IMG/VR virus record: IMGVR_UViG_3300031466_000058
Coordinates: 1-64,000 of that record
DNA from: a virus
Taxonomy: Duplodnaviria > Caudoviricetes
Length of the DNA stretch: 64,000 bases
Direction: 5' to 3' (one strand)
The translations under genes and the position numbers were made by a program. Below are positions 10,578 through 19,777 of this stretch, piece after piece. The notes under the pieces were generated by a model. It did no database searches. It was not told the origin of the DNA and saw only the letters and a program-made list of their open reading frames with translations. The stretch's first letter is position 1. Each line of letters starts with the position of its first letter.

Positions 10578-11309
10578 ATGGAAAAGAGAAAACAAAAACG
10601 ATTTTATCGTAAAGGAGAAGTAGTATGGGTTATTAAAGATAAAAAAGAAGGAACTGTAAAATCTGTCAACAAAGACGACTTAACTGTTGCAGTAGAGGTT
10701 AATGGAGAAGAAAAGGTTTTAAAACTTTGGGAAATTGACAAACTCAAATACAAACCTAGAGAACGTTTGATTCGTCAAAAACGTAGAGAAAGACGTATGC
10801 CTACTGTATATTTCGCTAAAGTTAAAGAAGATGCAATTATTCCAACTAAACGTGATGAAGATGCAGGATACGATATTTACGCTTGTGTAGAAGGTAGAGA
10901 GGTTGACGGTAAAATCATTCACGAAATCTATTGCCCTGCACACACAACAACTTTAGTGCCTACAGGCATTGCTATGGCACTACCAAAAACTCATTATTTT
11001 AATACTAAACATGAACGTGGTAGTACAGGTAAAGTAGCTATGTCTGTATTGGCAGGAGTTGTTGATAGTGGCTATCGTGGAGAAATCTTCATTGCCTTAA
11101 ACCCATTACATAAAGATGTGCTTATTACAAGTGAAGTTAGTGAGGTAGAAGAAGGGGAAAACGTTATTCTTTACCCTTATTCAAAGGCAATTGCACAAGG
11201 TACTATTGATTTAGTGCCACAAGTTAATATTAAAGAAATTACATATGAAGAATTAAAAAATATTAAATCTGAGCGTGGTACAGGTGCGTTAGGTGCAAGT
11301 GGCAAATAA
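10578..11309 (+). CDS. dut: Trimeric dUTPase with N-terminal extension
   Basis: DAGYDIY, ERGSTG, GVVDSGYRGEI, AIAQG, ERGTGALGASG. Confidence 0.92.
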   Translation: MEKRKQKRFYRKGEVVWVIKDKKEGTVKSVNKDDLTVAVEVNGEEKVLKLWEIDKLKYKPRERLIRQKRRERRMPTVYFAKVKEDAIIPTKRDEDAGYDIYACVEGREVDGKIIHEIYCPAHTTTLVPTGIAMALPKTHYFNTKHERGSTGKVAMSVLAGVVDSGYRGEIFIALNPLHKDVLITSEVSEVEEGENVILYPYSKAIAQGTIDLVPQVNIKEITYEELKNIKSERGTGALGASGK

Positions 11310-11310
11310 T

Positions 11311-11346
11311 AAATATGGAGAAGATTTTTCTTCTCCATATTTTTTT
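11311..11346 (+). terminator. Intrinsic terminator
   Basis: AAATATGGAGAAGA-tttt-TCTTCTCCATATTT followed by a T run. Confidence 0.85.
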
Positions 11347-11349
11347 AGG

Positions 11350-11378
11350 TTGACAATAGCAAAAAAATATGGTATAAT
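11350..11378 (+). promoter_or_regulatory. sigma-A promoter
   Basis: TTGACA-N17-TATAAT. Confidence 0.8.
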
Positions 11379-11533
11379 TTTAATACCATATAATATAAGG
11401 GAAGTTTTTAAAATTATAGAAACAATAACTAGTATTTTAATTATTATTTATCTCATTTTATCGTTTATAACTTTTAGCATTCTTATTAATAATTGTGATG
11501 ATATAAGGGTTTATCATATATCAACAGTTTAGG

Positions 11534-11851
11534 GTGATTAATATGGATATGACAATAATCACATTAATATCTTGTGCGATAGTTATATTTATTTCAGTCT
11601 TTTCATATGAAAGAAAAATAAGTAGAATAACTAAGTATAATCAATTATTAGCTAGAGACAATATGAAGCTTATTGACGCTGTTGAAAGTTTAATGAGAGC
11701 AGGAAATGAGTTAGCAATCAGCTATGAGGCTCTGTATAAATTGGCAAAAGAGAGATTCGAAGATGAAGAAATCAGAGAATTATTTGATGAAAAATTTAAA
11801 CTGGTAGCAGAAAAACACGCAGAAAGGAAAGATACGGATGATGGAAGATAA
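11534..11851 (+). CDS. Hypothetical membrane-anchored coiled-coil protein
   Basis: N-terminal hydrophobic helix followed by helical region. Confidence 0.6.
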   Translation: MINMDMTIITLISCAIVIFISVFSYERKISRITKYNQLLARDNMKLIDAVESLMRAGNELAISYEALYKLAKERFEDEEIRELFDEKFKLVAEKHAERKDTDDGR

Positions 11852-12080
11852 ATTCATACCAAAAACAGAAGATGAGATTATCAAAGAAGTTGCAGAAGAA
11901 GAGGGATTAACCGAAGAGGAAGTGCGAGAAATGTGGGAGCTTTTCAAAAAAGAGGCTAGAGAATATCAAGAGTACAAACGAATGAAAAATGCAAACGCCA
12001 CAAAACCTAAAAGAGATAAAAAGAAGATTAGATTAAGGCGTAAGAACGGTAAGAAATCAAGAAAACAAAATCGTAAATAA
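11838..12080 (+). CDS. Hypothetical protein, acidic N-terminus and very basic tail
   Basis: RBS AAGGA; K/R-rich C-terminus. Confidence 0.65.
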   Translation: MMEDKFIPKTEDEIIKEVAEEEGLTEEEVREMWELFKKEAREYQEYKRMKNANATKPKRDKKKIRLRRKNGKKSRKQNRK

Positions 12081-12323
12081 TAAAAGTGAGATATTTGTTG
12101 CAGATTGCAGTTTGCAACCGTAATTATTATAATTTCATCATTTATTCTTAATCCTGCACAAGCTGTAATCATGGAATGTGCAGGTGATTTTATATATAGT
12201 GGTGTTTGGACTGTATGGCAAATGATGGTATGGTCTATAATCTGATTGATGAGTGGTGTAATTGATAAATACCATAAAAAAAATACCTTTTCTATCCAAT
12301 TTTATTTAAATTTAAAAAACATA

Positions 12324-12352
12324 TTGACAGATATAAAAAATAATGATATGAT
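12324..12352 (+). promoter_or_regulatory. sigma-A promoter
   Basis: TTGACA-N17-TATGAT; TAATGA extension. Confidence 0.75.
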
Positions 12353-12381
12353 GTATTTACAGATGTTAAAGGGGAGATATA

Positions 12382-12681
12382 GTGATGAAGAAATTTTTTA
12401 AAAAATTAAATGATGAATCTAAGAAAACAGCAAGATACTTTTTCATTGAAACTAAGATTGGAATTTGGTTAATGGCTAGTATGGCAATGTTAAACGCTGT
12501 CGAAGGCATTATACATCTAGTTGTAGCATTCATTGGTATGTGGGGAGTGGTAGATGTTAGCGTTTTTGATATTCGTGTTTGGCTACCAATTATCGAAAAT
12601 TTTGTATTAGGAATCTTCTCGCTATTGACAGGGTGGGCGTTGTCATCTAAAGATGGTGATAATCATGGACACAAACATTAA
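12382..12681 (+). CDS. Small membrane protein
   Basis: RBS GGGGAG; 2-3 hydrophobic segments; His-rich tail. Confidence 0.7.
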   Translation: MMKKFFKKLNDESKKTARYFFIETKIGIWLMASMAMLNAVEGIIHLVVAFIGMWGVVDVSVFDIRVWLPIIENFVLGIFSLLTGWALSSKDGDNHGHKH

Positions 12682-12764
12682 TGAAATATGAAATTCTCTA
12701 GATTAAAGAAATACATACCAGAAATAAATTGATAAAATGCGAGTTTTATAGAGAGGTGAAAAAT

Positions 12765-12911
12765 ATGAATGAAAAGTATTTCTTAGAGTATCGGAGAAAT
12801 GGTGAGATAGAGCTATATGAAAAAGATGGTACTTTCTATAATCATGATAATCAAGATTTGCTTAATTGCAACTCTATACTTGGAGGGAATAATTGGAGGG
12901 GAGAGGAATGA
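12765..12911 (+). CDS. Small hypothetical protein
   Basis: RBS GAGGTG immediately after the palindromic site 12732-12749. Confidence 0.5.
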   Translation: MNEKYFLEYRRNGEIELYEKDGTFYNHDNQDLLNCNSILGGNNWRGEE

Positions 12912-13048
12912 AATGTAAATATTGTAGTGAAGAAATGAAAGAAATTGAATTTGTTGATTTAGGTTATGGACAAAGATTCATTGAGTTTGAGTGTCCTAAT
13001 AATTGCGAGTATATTAAATGGTTCGAAAACAATAACAAAGGAGAGTAA
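12908..13048 (+). CDS. Small zinc-ribbon protein (46 aa)
   Basis: MKCKYC...ECPNNC; strong RBS GGAGGGGAG; not in the ORF track. Confidence 0.6.
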   Translation: MKCKYCSEEMKEIEFVDLGYGQRFIEFECPNNCEYIKWFENNNKGE

Positions 13049-13142
13049 ATGAATGGGTGTTCATCGGAATGTTGGTTATGATAAATTCGATTATTAGCTG
13101 ATGTACATTCCGAAAATAATCCGAACGATGAGGGTGATGAAG

Positions 13143-13334
13143 ATGGCAAAATACAAAGTTTATGGAATTGTGACAGGAATGAAATATATTGGAGAATTTG
13201 AAGCAAATAACAAAGAAGAAGCTGAACAAATGGCTTGGGATTCTGAAAATGGCTATGTTTCTATTTGTTATCACTGCTCAAAAGAAATTGACGAACCGCA
13301 AATTGAAAAAATGATTGTAGAAGAAGAAGATTGA
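13143..13334 (+). CDS. Small hypothetical protein with CxxC
   Basis: RBS GAGGGTG; EANNKEEAEQMA, ICYHC. Confidence 0.65.
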   Translation: MAKYKVYGIVTGMKYIGEFEANNKEEAEQMAWDSENGYVSICYHCSKEIDEPQIEKMIVEEED

Positions 13335-13362
13335 TACACATTCAGATGTTGGAGGGAGAGAA

Positions 13363-13713
13363 ATGATGGATTTCGAAAATCTTCTTAACGAATTTGAGCA
13401 TGCCTGCCGAGGTGGGGACTATGAGATTTCGGTGTGTTTAAGAAAAGAGATTATAAAGAAGGTGGAGCAGTTACAGTGGGAGAATGATTGGTTAAATACG
13501 TTACTAGCTGCTGAAAAACGAAACAGAATAAGAGCATCCAATGAAGCTACTTCATATAAACAACAATTACAACAAGCGCAAACCAAGGCAGAACGGTATG
13601 AGAAAGCTTTGGAAAATATCGTAATATCGATATTTCCATTAGATATAGATGATGCTGTTGCTATCGCAAATCAAGCATTATTAGAGGTGAAAAAAAATGA
13701 AAGAAGAATTTAA
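13363..13713 (+). CDS. Coiled-coil hypothetical protein
   Basis: RBS GGAGGGAG. Confidence 0.6.
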   Translation: MMDFENLLNEFEHACRGGDYEISVCLRKEIIKKVEQLQWENDWLNTLLAAEKRNRIRASNEATSYKQQLQQAQTKAERYEKALENIVISIFPLDIDDAVAIANQALLEVKKNERRI

Positions 13714-13938
13714 ACGCCTTCTTCACAAAGTCTGTTTCATTCTTTGAGAATACTAGGTTATGGCATTCAGATTGCTTTAACAGGTGAAATAAAAGATTGT
13801 TCAGCATACAATCATTATTATGATATAATTATGGGTATGCGAACAAATAATTGGGAAGATTATGAGAAATTATTCAAGAAAGAGTATAATCATAAAAAAT
13901 CTGAATTTAGAAGATTAGCACCTTTGGAGGATAAATAG
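13697..13938 (+). pseudogene. Frameshifted hypothetical gene
   Basis: RBS GAGGTG and ATG 13697 stop after 16 codons; another frame continues to 13938. Confidence 0.45.
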
Positions 13939-13940
13939 CT

Positions 13941-14201
13941 ATGAAACTTAAACGTGGAAGGTATTGGGTGTTTGCTTTTAACAAAGATAATGCTAAAGGT
14001 GGTCTAAGTGATTTAAAATTTTCATTCAATACAGTCAAGGAGTTTGAGGAAAGTATCCTATCTTTAAACATTAGTGAGTTTAATATGTATCAAATACTGG
14101 ACACTCACACAAAGTTTGATTTCGAAGGAGATGTAGGAACTGTAACTAAGTGGGTGTGCAAAAATATAGGAGACGAGAGATACGAAGAAGATATTCGTTA
14201 A
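13941..14201 (+). CDS. Hypothetical protein
   Basis: RBS GGAGGA; RYWVFAF...GGLSD. Confidence 0.65.
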   Translation: MKLKRGRYWVFAFNKDNAKGGLSDLKFSFNTVKEFEESILSLNISEFNMYQILDTHTKFDFEGDVGTVTKWVCKNIGDERYEEDIR

Positions 14202-14307
14202 TATTCTATTAATATCTATACTATTCTTATCTAGCTGTAGCCAAAGGCAGATATAGTATGGGTAGTATTTGAGGGAACTGTAACAGTAGTAGAAAGTAGG
14301 TAATATT

Positions 14308-15174
14308 ATGAGTGAGCTAAATCCGACTAGAGTTATAGACAGTATTGATAAATCTTTCAATATTGATTGGGGCGTAAAAACAATAAACGCCCCTAAATTA
14401 TGGGAGCATACTAAAGGCGAAGGTATTAAAGTTGCTGTTATTGATACAGGAATTGATATGAACCATCCAGATTTAAAAGATAAGATTAAAGGAACTATAA
14501 ATATATTTGATAAGACTACTAGAGACGTAACAGATGTTTATGGTCATGGTACTCATGTAGCAGGGTTAATCGCAGGAGAATTAACAGGCGTAGCACCTAA
14601 TGTTGATTTGTATATTGCCAATGTTTTAAATGATAAAGGTTTGGGAAGAGTTGTTGACATATTAGATGGTGTTACATATGCTATAAACAGTAATGTTGAT
14701 ATATTATGTATGAGTTTAGGGGTAAATAAGAAGCTTCCACAGATACTCGAAGAGAGAATAAAGAAAGCTGTCAATAAAGGTATTATTACAATTTGTGCCA
14801 CAGGAAACAATGGTAAACAGGGCGTAGCCTATCCTGCTTCATATGATTTTGTTATTGGTGTAGGCGGTGTGAATCAAAATTTAGAGAGAGCTAACTTCTC
14901 TAATTACAGTTTCGATATGGATGTCGTAGCACCTGCTGTAGACATTTTAAGTACATGGAAAGATGGTAAATATGCTTATATGAGTGGTACTTCAACAGCT
15001 TCACCATTGGTTGCAGGTGGTTTGGCGTTAATTAAATCATACTATAGAAAACAAGGTATAGAAATAACCCCTACACAAATAAAAGAAATGATTGCAAAAC
15101 TAAATACAAAAAAGAATAGATTTTTAGGCTATGGATTGTTTGACGTTGCCAAGATTATAGGGTTAGAAATTTAA
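14308..15174 (+). CDS. S8 subtilisin-like serine protease, no signal peptide or propeptide
   Basis: Catalytic triad motifs VAVIDTG, HGTHVAG, SGTSTASP; oxyanion ATGN. Confidence 0.95.
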   Translation: MSELNPTRVIDSIDKSFNIDWGVKTINAPKLWEHTKGEGIKVAVIDTGIDMNHPDLKDKIKGTINIFDKTTRDVTDVYGHGTHVAGLIAGELTGVAPNVDLYIANVLNDKGLGRVVDILDGVTYAINSNVDILCMSLGVNKKLPQILEERIKKAVNKGIITICATGNNGKQGVAYPASYDFVIGVGGVNQNLERANFSNYSFDMDVVAPAVDILSTWKDGKYAYMSGTSTASPLVAGGLALIKSYYRKQGIEITPTQIKEMIAKLNTKKNRFLGYGLFDVAKIIGLEI

Positions 15175-15202
15175 AAAATCTAACCTTTTCTTATAAAAAG
15201 TG

Positions 15203-15231
15203 TTGACAAACGCAATTAATAATGATATAAT
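15203..15231 (+). promoter_or_regulatory. sigma-A promoter for the RNA-repair genes, preceded by terminator hairpin 15161-15189
   Basis: TTGACA-N17-TATAAT; GGTTAGA...TCTAACC followed by TTTT. Confidence 0.85.
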
Positions 15232-15262
15232 GTAATTAACGTAAGGGGGCGATACGATTGGG

Positions 15263-16435
15263 ATGAAGGAGATACTATATAATAACTTGCCAACTATGAC
15301 ACTAGATGAATTTAATAACTATAAAAACGAAGCAAACAATGGATATATAACAATCAAAGGGCATCCAGAAGATAATAATGTAGTAATCTTAAATTATACT
15401 GATTTGACTACATATGAAAGACGCTGGAATAAATATACGATGTCTGCAAGAGGTTTGATACTAGATTTGACAGATGTAAATGATAATGGTAAAATATACA
15501 TATTAGCTAAACCGTTTGGCAAATTCTTTAACTATGGTGAGAATAAAGATTATGAAAAAGATATTGATTTTTCAGATATTGAATCAATCACAGAAAAGAT
15601 GGATGGCTCATTAGGAATATCATATTTTTTTAATGGAGAGATTAGGTTTGCAACTCGTGGCAGTTTCAACTCTGACCAAGCAATTAAGGCAACAGAAATG
15701 TGGCGTAATAAGTATGCAGATAAGTTTAATTGGATTGGGTATATAAATTTCCCATATACAATGTTGGTAGAGATTATTTACCCACAGAATCGTGTGGTTG
15801 TTGATTATAAGGGTATGAAAGATTTAGTTATGCTGGGCATAACAAACTTATCAATAATGAAAGATGAGCCACTGTCAGTAGTTAAAAATTTAGCAAGTAA
15901 TTTAGGTATGCCTGTTACAAAAGAATATAGGTATGATTTACATAAATTACTAAAAATGAAAAAGACTATTTCAGCTAATAAAGAAGGTTGGATTATTAAA
16001 TTTGGTAATGGTAAACGCTTAAAAATAAAAGGCGATGAATACTTAAAAGTGCATAAAGCAATTTATGGATTATCTGATAAAGCTAAAGTGAAAGCTTGGG
16101 CAGAAAATAGTATTGATGAATTAATTAAGTCAATTCCAGAGGAATTTAGGGAAGAAATTGAAGAGTTAAAGAGGAATTTAGATATTCAATTGGAAATAAC
16201 TAAAAGTATCTTATCTACTATCTATATACACACGAAAGAATATACAAACGCTAGCAAAGAAAATAGAAAAGATTTTGCAAAAATGGTTAATCAAGCAATT
16301 AACCCAGAATATAGGAAATTTATGTTTGTTATGCTGGATAATAATGATGAACTTCCAGACAAAATGGTTAGAGAACATATTTTTAAAAATTACGAACATT
16401 ACTTATCTACTTGGAGTGATTTCGGTATGGGGTAA
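15263..16435 (+). CDS. T4 Rnl1-like RNA ligase
   Basis: ARGLIL, KPFGKFFN, motif I EKMDGS, ATRGSF, EIIYP, EGWII, RLKIKG. Confidence 0.9.
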   Translation: MKEILYNNLPTMTLDEFNNYKNEANNGYITIKGHPEDNNVVILNYTDLTTYERRWNKYTMSARGLILDLTDVNDNGKIYILAKPFGKFFNYGENKDYEKDIDFSDIESITEKMDGSLGISYFFNGEIRFATRGSFNSDQAIKATEMWRNKYADKFNWIGYINFPYTMLVEIIYPQNRVVVDYKGMKDLVMLGITNLSIMKDEPLSVVKNLASNLGMPVTKEYRYDLHKLLKMKKTISANKEGWIIKFGNGKRLKIKGDEYLKVHKAIYGLSDKAKVKAWAENSIDELIKSIPEEFREEIEELKRNLDIQLEITKSILSTIYIHTKEYTNASKENRKDFAKMVNQAINPEYRKFMFVMLDNNDELPDKMVREHIFKNYEHYLSTWSDFGMG

Positions 16436-16482
16436 GTGAAAAAGACATTCAATTAGTCATAGATTTATATAAAAACACTAAT

Positions 16483-17355
16483 ATGCCATTAATCAAAATA
16501 GCTAACATAATAGGATATAAATCAAAAGATATTGTTTATAAAATATTAAAAGAAAACAATATATGTAAAAGAAGAAGTGTAAAAAGGAAATTAAATGAAA
16601 ATGAAGAAAAAGAAATCATTTCATTATATAATAGCGGTCTATCCCAATATAAAATATCATCGATGTATGGTGTCTCACAATCAACTATTGGCAATATATT
16701 AAGAAACAATAATGTTAATACAAGAAAAGATGGAAGAATCTATACTATTAACGAAAGATATTTTGATAATATTGATAATCAAAACAAGGCATATATTTTA
16801 GGTTTTATTTATGCTGATGGATTTATTAGAAAAGATAATTTAGCATTATCAATTGTTGTACACAATAAAGATGTAGAAATTTTGGAGAAAATCAAGGCAG
16901 AATTGCAAAGCGACATACCTATTGAATATATTAAAAGTAAAAACCATAATAGAATCAATATTTGTAGTAAGAATATTTGTTTATCTTTAAATAAGATTGG
17001 CTGTAATAATGGAAAAACTTTTGATTTAAAATTCCCAAATATACAAAACGATTTAATTCCTCATTTTATTAGAGGGTATATGGATGGAGATGGTTGTATA
17101 AGTATATCTAACAAAAAATACGGTAAATATATATCTTTAAGTTTTACTGGAACGAAAGACATGATGGATTCATTTAAAAACCTATTAAACGTAGATAATA
17201 AAATTACATTTCATAGGAATGCATATGCCTTACATATTGGCAAAGAAAGAGATGTTATAAGGATATTAGATTGGATATATAAAGACGCAAAATTATATTT
17301 AAATAGAAAATATGAAAAGTACATAGAATTTAAGAGATACAAAAATAGGAAGTGA
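16483..17355 (+). CDS. Free-standing LAGLIDADG homing endonuclease with N-terminal HTH repeats
   Basis: AYILGFIYADG and HFIRGYMDGDG; HTH GLSQYKISSMYGVSQSTI. Confidence 0.9.
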   Translation: MPLIKIANIIGYKSKDIVYKILKENNICKRRSVKRKLNENEEKEIISLYNSGLSQYKISSMYGVSQSTIGNILRNNNVNTRKDGRIYTINERYFDNIDNQNKAYILGFIYADGFIRKDNLALSIVVHNKDVEILEKIKAELQSDIPIEYIKSKNHNRINICSKNICLSLNKIGCNNGKTFDLKFPNIQNDLIPHFIRGYMDGDGCISISNKKYGKYISLSFTGTKDMMDSFKNLLNVDNKITFHRNAYALHIGKERDVIRILDWIYKDAKLYLNRKYEKYIEFKRYKNRK

Positions 17356-17361
17356 TTAATC

Positions 17362-18366
17362 ATGAATAATAAATTTCTTATGCTAATTGGATTACCTGCT
17401 TCTGGAAAGTCTACTATTGCGAAAGAGATAACAGAAGATAGAGATGATATTTCTATTCACTCTTCTGATGAATTGAGAATTGAGCTATTTGGAGATATAA
17501 ATAATCAAGACAATAATGGTAAATTGTTTAACGAATTATATAAGAGAATAATCAACGATTTAAAAAGTGGAAAAAATGTAGTGATGGACGCTACAAATGT
17601 AAGTAGAAAGAGACGTAGAGGGTTATTACAACAACTACCAAAAGGGATTGAAAAAGTAGCTTGTTATGTTGATACAGAATATAAGGATATTGTAAAACAG
17701 AATCAAGAAAGAGAGCGTGTTGTACCACAGCACGCCATTGATAGAATGTATAAAACTTTACAGATTCCAATTTATAGTGAAGGTTGGGATAAGATTGTAT
17801 TCTTCCATCATGACAATGTAACTGGAAAACAATACCCACATCAATTTACGCAAGCTGTTAGAGTAGGTGCATTATTAGGTCGAGAAGGATATGATTTAAT
17901 GAAATTTTTAGCTTCATACTTTGATGAGTTTTTCGGAATTTACGATATGCCACAAGATTCAAAGTATCATAGTCTTTCTGTAAGCCGACACATATATTAT
18001 GTGTATAAGTATGTATTAGAAAATTATGAAGCTAAAGATGATTATGATAAAGAGATTATGCTTTGGACAGCATTGTGCCATGACATTGGCAAACATTTTT
18101 GCAAAAGCTTCGTAAACCGTAAAGGTGAAGAAACTCGGTACGCAAATTTCATTGGTCATGAATATGTTGGGTCTCAAATGGCAGTACATTTCTTACATAA
18201 AATGAATTTTGATGATGAGTTTATACATAAAGTTGCAACTCTAATTCAATTCCATATGTATTTATTAGATGAAAGAGCTAATAGAGATAAATTAAAGCGT
18301 TATGTGGGCGAAGAAATGTTTAAAAAATTAGAGTTTCTTCGTGAAGCAGATACTCTAGCACACTAA
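17362..18366 (+). CDS. Polynucleotide kinase (AAA_33) fused to HD phosphohydrolase
   Basis: GLPASGKST, SSDELR, DATN; HD domain YH...H, CHDIGK, GHEYVG, FHM, EADTLAH. Confidence 0.88.
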   Translation: MNNKFLMLIGLPASGKSTIAKEITEDRDDISIHSSDELRIELFGDINNQDNNGKLFNELYKRIINDLKSGKNVVMDATNVSRKRRRGLLQQLPKGIEKVACYVDTEYKDIVKQNQERERVVPQHAIDRMYKTLQIPIYSEGWDKIVFFHHDNVTGKQYPHQFTQAVRVGALLGREGYDLMKFLASYFDEFFGIYDMPQDSKYHSLSVSRHIYYVYKYVLENYEAKDDYDKEIMLWTALCHDIGKHFCKSFVNRKGEETRYANFIGHEYVGSQMAVHFLHKMNFDDEFIHKVATLIQFHMYLLDERANRDKLKRYVGEEMFKKLEFLREADTLAH

Positions 18367-18381
18367 TAGCGAGGTGATAAT

Positions 18382-18570
18382 ATGCTTATACATATATGGC
18401 AGATAACGGTAAACGGACAAAGAATTAATTTTGCAACCGAAACATTAGATATGGTGGAAGCTGTACAATTATTTAAAGATAAATTTCAGAAAGAAAATCC
18501 AAATAGAGCTTTTAATGCTGATAAAATTCAATGGATGGATAGCGTTAAATTTATTAGAGATAAGGAGTAA
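18382..18570 (+). CDS. Small hypothetical protein
   Basis: RBS GAGGTG. Confidence 0.65.
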   Translation: MLIHIWQITVNGQRINFATETLDMVEAVQLFKDKFQKENPNRAFNADKIQWMDSVKFIRDKE

Positions 18571-18614
18571 AAAATGAGTAAGATTAATAATAACTAATTT
18601 CGAGGTGAAATAAT

Positions 18615-18800
18615 ATGGAGTTAAAAAATATAATGACAGAAGATGAAATGGAGCAATATTTAATTAGTGAAGGTTATAATATTTTTGATTTAGAAAGATG
18701 TATAGATTCAGTTTTATTATCTGAATATGCAATTGACTTAGGTTATGAAATTCAATTTGCAGAAAATGATTTTGATTTAATTTTTATAAAAAGTGAATAG
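18615..18800 (+). CDS. Small acidic hypothetical protein
   Basis: RBS GAGGTG; stop codon lies in palindromic site 18797. Confidence 0.65.
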   Translation: MELKNIMTEDEMEQYLISEGYNIFDLERCIDSVLLSEYAIDLGYEIQFAENDFDLIFIKSE

Positions 18801-19031
18801 ATGGGAAATTTTATTTAGAAAGGAGTTGTGAATTTATAGATAAGTTCGGAGATAGAATTAAAAGGATTATTTAGAAAATAAAATATATTGATGGAGGTAA
18901 ATTGAATTTAAAAGAAATATTTATCGCAGATATAAAGAAAGTAAAGATACAAGAAATAGAAACAGGAGTAATAAAATTATATTATGAAATTAAATGAAAG
19001 ACGAATTTATTTGAAGTGAGGTGTATTATAT

Positions 19032-19292
19032 ATGACCAAAAGTGAAATAGTAGGTATGATTATTGAGTATTCAGAGAAATTTATTGAATTGAAATTACTT
19101 CTTGACTCATTAGTAATGGATATAAATAAATCAAATGATAAAGAGATTAACGATTATGTGTTAAAAGAATTAGAAAATAATCGTTACAATGAATTAATCG
19201 CAATGACTTTAAGAGCAATGGAAAATAAAATAAATTTTCTTCAATATGATAACGATATGTTAAGATCAAAAGTATATAAATGGAGATTATAA
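19032..19292 (+). CDS. Small hypothetical protein
   Basis: RBS GAGGTG; bounded by sites 18994 and 19292. Confidence 0.7.
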   Translation: MTKSEIVGMIIEYSEKFIELKLLLDSLVMDINKSNDKEINDYVLKELENNRYNELIAMTLRAMENKINFLQYDNDMLRSKVYKWRL

Positions 19293-19495
19293 TAAAAGAA
19301 CTGTTCTATACAATAGGAGGATATTTATATGTTCTTCAAGCGAACCAAACATACGAACAAGATAAAAATTATGAAGCTTCAATTGCTGGAACAATTAAGC
19401 AAATGAGAAGTTAAAGGAGTTGAATTTGTTAGATGGATATACAATTAAGTATTATGAATGAAATTCATCTTAATGTATAAAGGGAGGAATAGAAA

Positions 19496-19738
19496 ATGTT
19501 TAGAGATTATAAAGGATTTGATACATATAAACTAAAAAATATAAAAGTAATTAAAATTCATGATATGGCTGAAAGCAAGGAATATGAAGGTGTATTTCTT
19601 ATTAAATATATTAAGCCGTTTGAGATATGTTTAGTTAACAATAATGGGGAAGTGTTCACTTTAACAAGTGAATATTTTACAGATTGTAGTGGCGAATTTG
19701 CTCCATATTCAAGATTATCGATGGAAATAATTTTATAA
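19496..19738 (+). CDS. Small hypothetical protein
   Basis: RBS GGGAGG; bounded by two sites with the same TTCATC spacer. Confidence 0.7.
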   Translation: MFRDYKGFDTYKLKNIKVIKIHDMAESKEYEGVFLIKYIKPFEICLVNNNGEVFTLTSEYFTDCSGEFAPYSRLSMEIIL

Positions 19739-19777
19739 AATTCATCTTTTAAATAAATATAAAGGAGGATAATAAAA

